This document shows positions 23,017 to 27,446 of a stretch of 27,446 bases of DNA, in pieces. Origin of the DNA: Octopus sinensis (Eukaryota); assembly GCF_006345805.1 (NCBI RefSeq), contig NW_021833370.1, forward strand, positions 1 through 27,446, read 5' to 3'. Every line of letters starts with the position of its first letter. Within the stretch, counting starts at the first letter, position 1. A program made the translations under genes and the position numbers. The notes beneath the pieces were generated by a model that ran no database searches, was not told where the DNA came from, and worked only from the letters and a program-made list of their open reading frames with translations.

Positions 23017-23437
23017 ACTCTCTTTTACTCTTTTGCTTGTTTCAGTCATTTGACTGTGGACATGCTGGAGCACCGCCTTTAGTCGAGCAAATCGACCCCG
23101 GGACTTATTCTTTGTAAGCCCAGTTACTTATTCTATCGGTCTCTTTTTGCCGAACCGTAAGTGACTGTGACGGGGACCGTAAACACACCAGCACCGGTTT
23201 GTCAAGCAATGCTAGGGGGACAAACACAGACACACCAAACACACACACACATACATCATATATGCATATATACGACAGGCTTCTTTCAGTTTCCGTCTAC
23301 CACATCCACTCACAAGGCATTGGTCGGCCCGGGGCTATAGCAGAAGACACTTGCCCAAGATGCCACGCAGTGGGACTGAACCCGGAACCATGTGGTTGGT
23401 TAGCAAGCTACTTACCACACAGCCACTCCTGGCGCTA
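23017..23437 (-). mobile_element. SINE group C, full length, young
   Basis: Near-identical to the reverse complement of 24678-25075. Confidence 0.93.
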
Positions 23438-23454
23438 TATATATATATATATAG

Positions 23455-23524
<70 letters not shown>

Positions 23525-24339
23525 GCATACACAAAATGTAATGGTAATCTTAGCATTATGTAACTTACACGTGTTTCTTAAATCGATTCTCGTTGTTACG
23601 TTAGCCAATTGCCTATGTTACGCTATGCAATCGACTCACTTCCTCGGTATTATCAGCCAATTCCAGACCATGATGTGTATAGGAATAGAGTATGGAACTA
23701 TCTACTGACCCCAACTTCTTGTTTTTGCACTCATACATATGCAACCGGTTAAATTTTGTCTGTTTATTAAATGACATATTTTTCTAGATAACCTAGTATC
23801 ATCTGTTTACTTCATAGATAAATTCTACAATTTTCATGATGAATTTCAATGTGTCTGGCTTTAAAAATAGCGTCTTACGGTGTTTTTTGTACCTGATATA
23901 TATAAATATATCTTGGCGTGTTTTAACACTATGCTTAAGAACTTTTGGGTCATATCTCCCCAGAGTTGTTGACATCCAACCATGTAACTGAATTCATTAA
24001 ACTAAACAGAGCAATTGGGACATATGGCGTGTACTCAACACAATTTTGATTAGTAAATCGTTGGGGCGTTAACTTTATACTCACATAATTTGTTCAAATA
24101 ACTAGCAACCATAAATTTGCTACAAATACACGCTGGCCTATCCAGTTTATATAAGTCTTTACTAAGTGGATTTATAACGCAATATTTCCGTGGTCAGTTC
24201 AATTTAGTAGGCAGTTCCTGGAGAATTATTAACAAAGGAATATAACTTGTCATGTGTGTAAAGAGGAATATATTCTTATCAAGTGTGTACAGATGTATAA
24301 ATATATGAACATATATGTGTGTGTGTGTAGGTATGTATG

Positions 24340-24386
<47 letters not shown>

Positions 24387-24677
24387 ACACACACACACAC
24401 ACACACCAACACCAACACCAACCAAGCTGACCATACATCTATATTATTCAGTCTACTATATTAAGACTATAGATATGATATTATATATAATATATACATA
24501 TATACCTATATATACATATATATATATAGGTATATATGTATATACATATATAGGTATGTATGTACCTATATATACCTGCATGTATGTATGTATGTACGTG
24601 GGCATGTATGTATGTATATCTATACACAGATGCTTACGTATCATATGCATATACCTGCATTATATATGCACACAATA

Positions 24678-25075
24678 TAGGCGCAGGAGTGGCTGTGTGG
24701 AAAGTAGCTTGCTAACCAACCACATGGTTCCAGGTTCAGTCCCACTGCGTGGCATCTTGGGCAAGTGTCTTCTGCTATAGCCCGGGCCGACCAATGCCTT
24801 GTGAGTGGATTTGGTAGACGGAAACTGAAAGAAGCCTGTCGTATATATGTATATATATGTGCGTGTGTGTGTTTGTGGAGTTTGTGTTTGTCCCCCTAGC
24901 ATTGCTTGACAACCGATGCTGGTGTGTTTACGTCCCCATCAAATGAGACCGATAGAATAAGTACTGGGCTTACAAAGAATAAGTCCCGGGGTCGATTTGC
25001 TCGACTAAAGGCGGTGCCCCAGCATGGCCGCAGTCAAATGACTGAAACAAGTAAAAGAGTAAACGAGTGAAAGAG
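24678..25075 (+). mobile_element. SINE group C, young
   Basis: Runs from taggcgcaggagtggctgtgtgg to an aaaagagt tail; small internal deletion after gtcccc. Confidence 0.93.
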
Positions 25076-25114
25076 ATATTCATTATATATAGATAGATAT
25101 ATAATAAATATAAA

Positions 25115-25366
25115 TAAATGCGCCCTTTTAAAGCCTAGCCAGGCCCATGGGCCCGGTTTCCCGGTTTCTATGGCATATGTGTTTCCCAGCTGGATGGGAC
25201 GCCAGTCCATCGCAGCGTTACTCATTTTTGCCAGCTGGGTGGACTGGAGCAACGTGAAATGAAGTGTTTTGCTCAAGAACACAACGCGTCGCCCGGTCCA
25301 GGAATCGAAACCACAATCTTACGATCATGGTGCGGACACCCTAACCACTGAACGACATGCCTCCAC
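25115..25366 (-). mobile_element. SINE group B, tail type 2
   Basis: Same head and core as 13046; followed by ctgcgatggactggcgtccc and gaaaccgggaaaccgggcccatgggcc. Confidence 0.88.
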
Positions 25367-25460
25367 AGATAGATACATACACACACATATATATACACAC
25401 ACATATATATACACACACAAACACACACGCATATAGATTTATATGCATATATACATACAT

Positions 25461-25491
<31 letters not shown>

Positions 25492-26263
25492 TGCATACGC
25501 ATATTCATATGAATATATAAATACACAAACACACACCTACTTACACACTTTATACAAACGATGCTGTCCATGCCTGCTGTCTGTGATGTCGTTATAGGAT
25601 AGTATCAGAAACAGAAATACATCAAACCTCACATTTTCTATTTAAAGATAAACTTGCACAGCATAATAAGCAGAGCAGTGTTACGACGGAGTTTCCCAAA
25701 TACTTCGGTTACTAGCAGAAAGAAATATTTAATTACAGTCACCTCTCTATCTTCAGTTGTGTGTCGTCCCAGTCACTCTATATGTGTATGTGAACGAGTG
25801 AACGACGATGTGTGGATGCGTGAGTGATGTGATTCTGTGTGACGTGTGTCGTGTGTGTCGTATGCTATGTGTTGTGTTATGTGTATGTGTATACGTCTGT
25901 ATGAGTGTTATGTAGTTTATATTACAGATTGTTTTTTAAGACAATTACAGTAATGTTTTCTTTGCAAAATTATCAGTACAGACGTCCCCACATTATGGGA
26001 GGTATCCATTCATAAAAATCGTGTTGCAACATAGAGGTCTGTAACGTGAAACGTATTTTCCCATGGAAGAATGCACCTAGATATTGCGCAGTGTCACTTT
26101 ATGATTCTTGAAGCCTATAGTGTCTGGTTTGCGGAGTTTTCGACTGACTGCACTTGCAGAAGCAAGCTGTTTCCATGTCTCATGCATCTCGCGTTACGGA
26201 AGCGTTCCATACTCACAAAAAGCGAATGAAAGTGGCCATCAATATATTTGCCACGAGTTGCAA

Positions 26264-26334
26264 ATATTATTTAATAACAATTCCACTCATAAATTTTCGT
26301 GGCCACGTAGAACAAGCCTGTCTCGTCAGGTGCG
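26264..26334 (-). repeat. Inverted degenerate copy of the hammerhead region (core motifs kept, stem I and cleavage site lost)
   Basis: Minus strand cgcacCTGACGAgacaggcttgttctacgtggccacGAAAatttatgagtggaattgttattaaataatat aligns to 26353-26441. Confidence 0.7.
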
Positions 26335-26353
26335 TTGAGAAGAGTTTTTCCCG

Positions 26354-26417
26354 CACCTATGCATCTGACGAGATGGGATTGTCCTATAAACTCATGAAAC
26401 TTTAAGTCATGCAAGTG
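26354..26417 (+). ncRNA. Type I hammerhead ribozyme candidate with a complete catalytic core
   Basis: Stem I UGCAU 26360-64 / AUGCA 26409-13; CUGACGA 26365-71; stem II 26373-82 / 26386-95; GAAA 26396-99; stem III ACUU-U-AAGU; GUC cleavage triplet ending at 26408. Confidence 0.7.
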
Positions 26418-26744
26418 AGTCAAATTTTTATGAAATTGTATATCTATATGTTAGTGCGTTTGTTTGTGGGGATGCGCTTAGTATGAGTGCGTGTCTATGT
26501 ATTTACATATATACATATATGCATATATATGTATACATATATATGTATGTATATATATATAAATATATACATATATATGTATATATATATTTATGCACGC
26601 ACATACACACACACAGAAAGTGTGTGTCCGCGCATGAGTAAATACGTGAATTTCTCTATATTTGCATGTGTGTCTTGTTTGTGTATATATTTAATAATTA
26701 TGTCTTGATTAGCTGAGAATTGTAAATAAATATTGCAGCTGCAG

Positions 26745-26769
26745 CGGTAGCAGCAGCCTCAGTAGCAGT

Positions 26770-26840
<71 letters not shown>

Positions 26841-27010
26841 GCAGTAGTAGTAGTAGTAGTAGTAGTCCTGACTAAAAATAAAGTGACCTGAAAGAAACTA
26901 AGGAATTTGTCATTAATGGCGGAAGAGGAGGAGGAGGAGGAAGTGAATGAGAGGAAGGGGTGCAGCAGCAGCAACAGCAGCATAGCAGCAGCAGCAGCAG
27001 CAGACATCAA
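26745..27010. repeat. Compound (GCA)n/(GTA)n/(GGA)n trinucleotide tract
   Basis: Direct inspection. Confidence 0.9.
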
Positions 27011-27305
27011 CAGAGATTCTATTAACCCACTTAGATCCTCTTCATTGGGGACAATGTGGACATTGGAGGAGAGGGGAGAGGAGTGAAAGTGGGAGAGAGA
27101 GAGGGAATTAGGGGTTAGCAAAGAGATCTTGAGAGGAAGGACAGAGCGGATGACAAGTACGCATACATACGTACATGTGTATGCCTGGTGTGTGCATGTA
27201 TATATATATATATATTATATATATATGCTTATACATATACACACCTGTTATGAATATGTATATCTGTAAGTATATATGTATATGTGTATATATATATATA
27301 TATAT

Positions 27306-27359
<54 letters not shown>

Positions 27360-27446
27360 GTATATATATATATATATACACGTATTATATATATATTATA
27401 TACATGTATGTATATAACGTTGGTGCATTCATATATCGTAACTCAC

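Noticed and set aside
25681-25765. CUGAAGA and GAAAC-UCC-GUC on the minus strand
   Set aside because: About 60 nt apart with no closing stem II and no stem I complementarity.
25975-26065. Possible pogo/Tigger-like MITE end (tacagacgtcccc...tttcccatggaa)
   Set aside because: Resemblance from memory only; no partner inverted repeat found.

Overview
AT-rich, repeat-saturated eukaryotic DNA. The tRNA-headed SINEs and dense microsatellites resemble coleoid cephalopod (Octopus-like) sequence; this is inferred from recollection, not a search. I can support no intact protein-coding gene, rRNA/tRNA gene or CRISPR array, and almost all of the ORF track is microsatellite or SINE read-through. Contents: three SINE groups, which I label A, B and C (about 18 copies or fragments, three with clean 13-16 bp target-site duplications); a CR1-type LINE 3' end; a decayed mariner transposon (5' TIR plus the 5' half of the transposase); a 955-bp TA-flanked element with long inverted arms; a decayed Penelope-like (PLE) endonuclease-region fragment; a microsatellite-mediated tandem duplication; and two old minisatellites. 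The most interesting signal is a set of hammerhead-ribozyme motifs. (1) A complete type I hammerhead at 26354-26417 (+) sits back-to-back with an inverted, crippled copy whose complement can sequester its catalytic core. (2) Two diverged copies of a short element each carry a minimal hammerhead with a non-canonical CCGANGA (U4C) core. All folds and alignments were done by eye.
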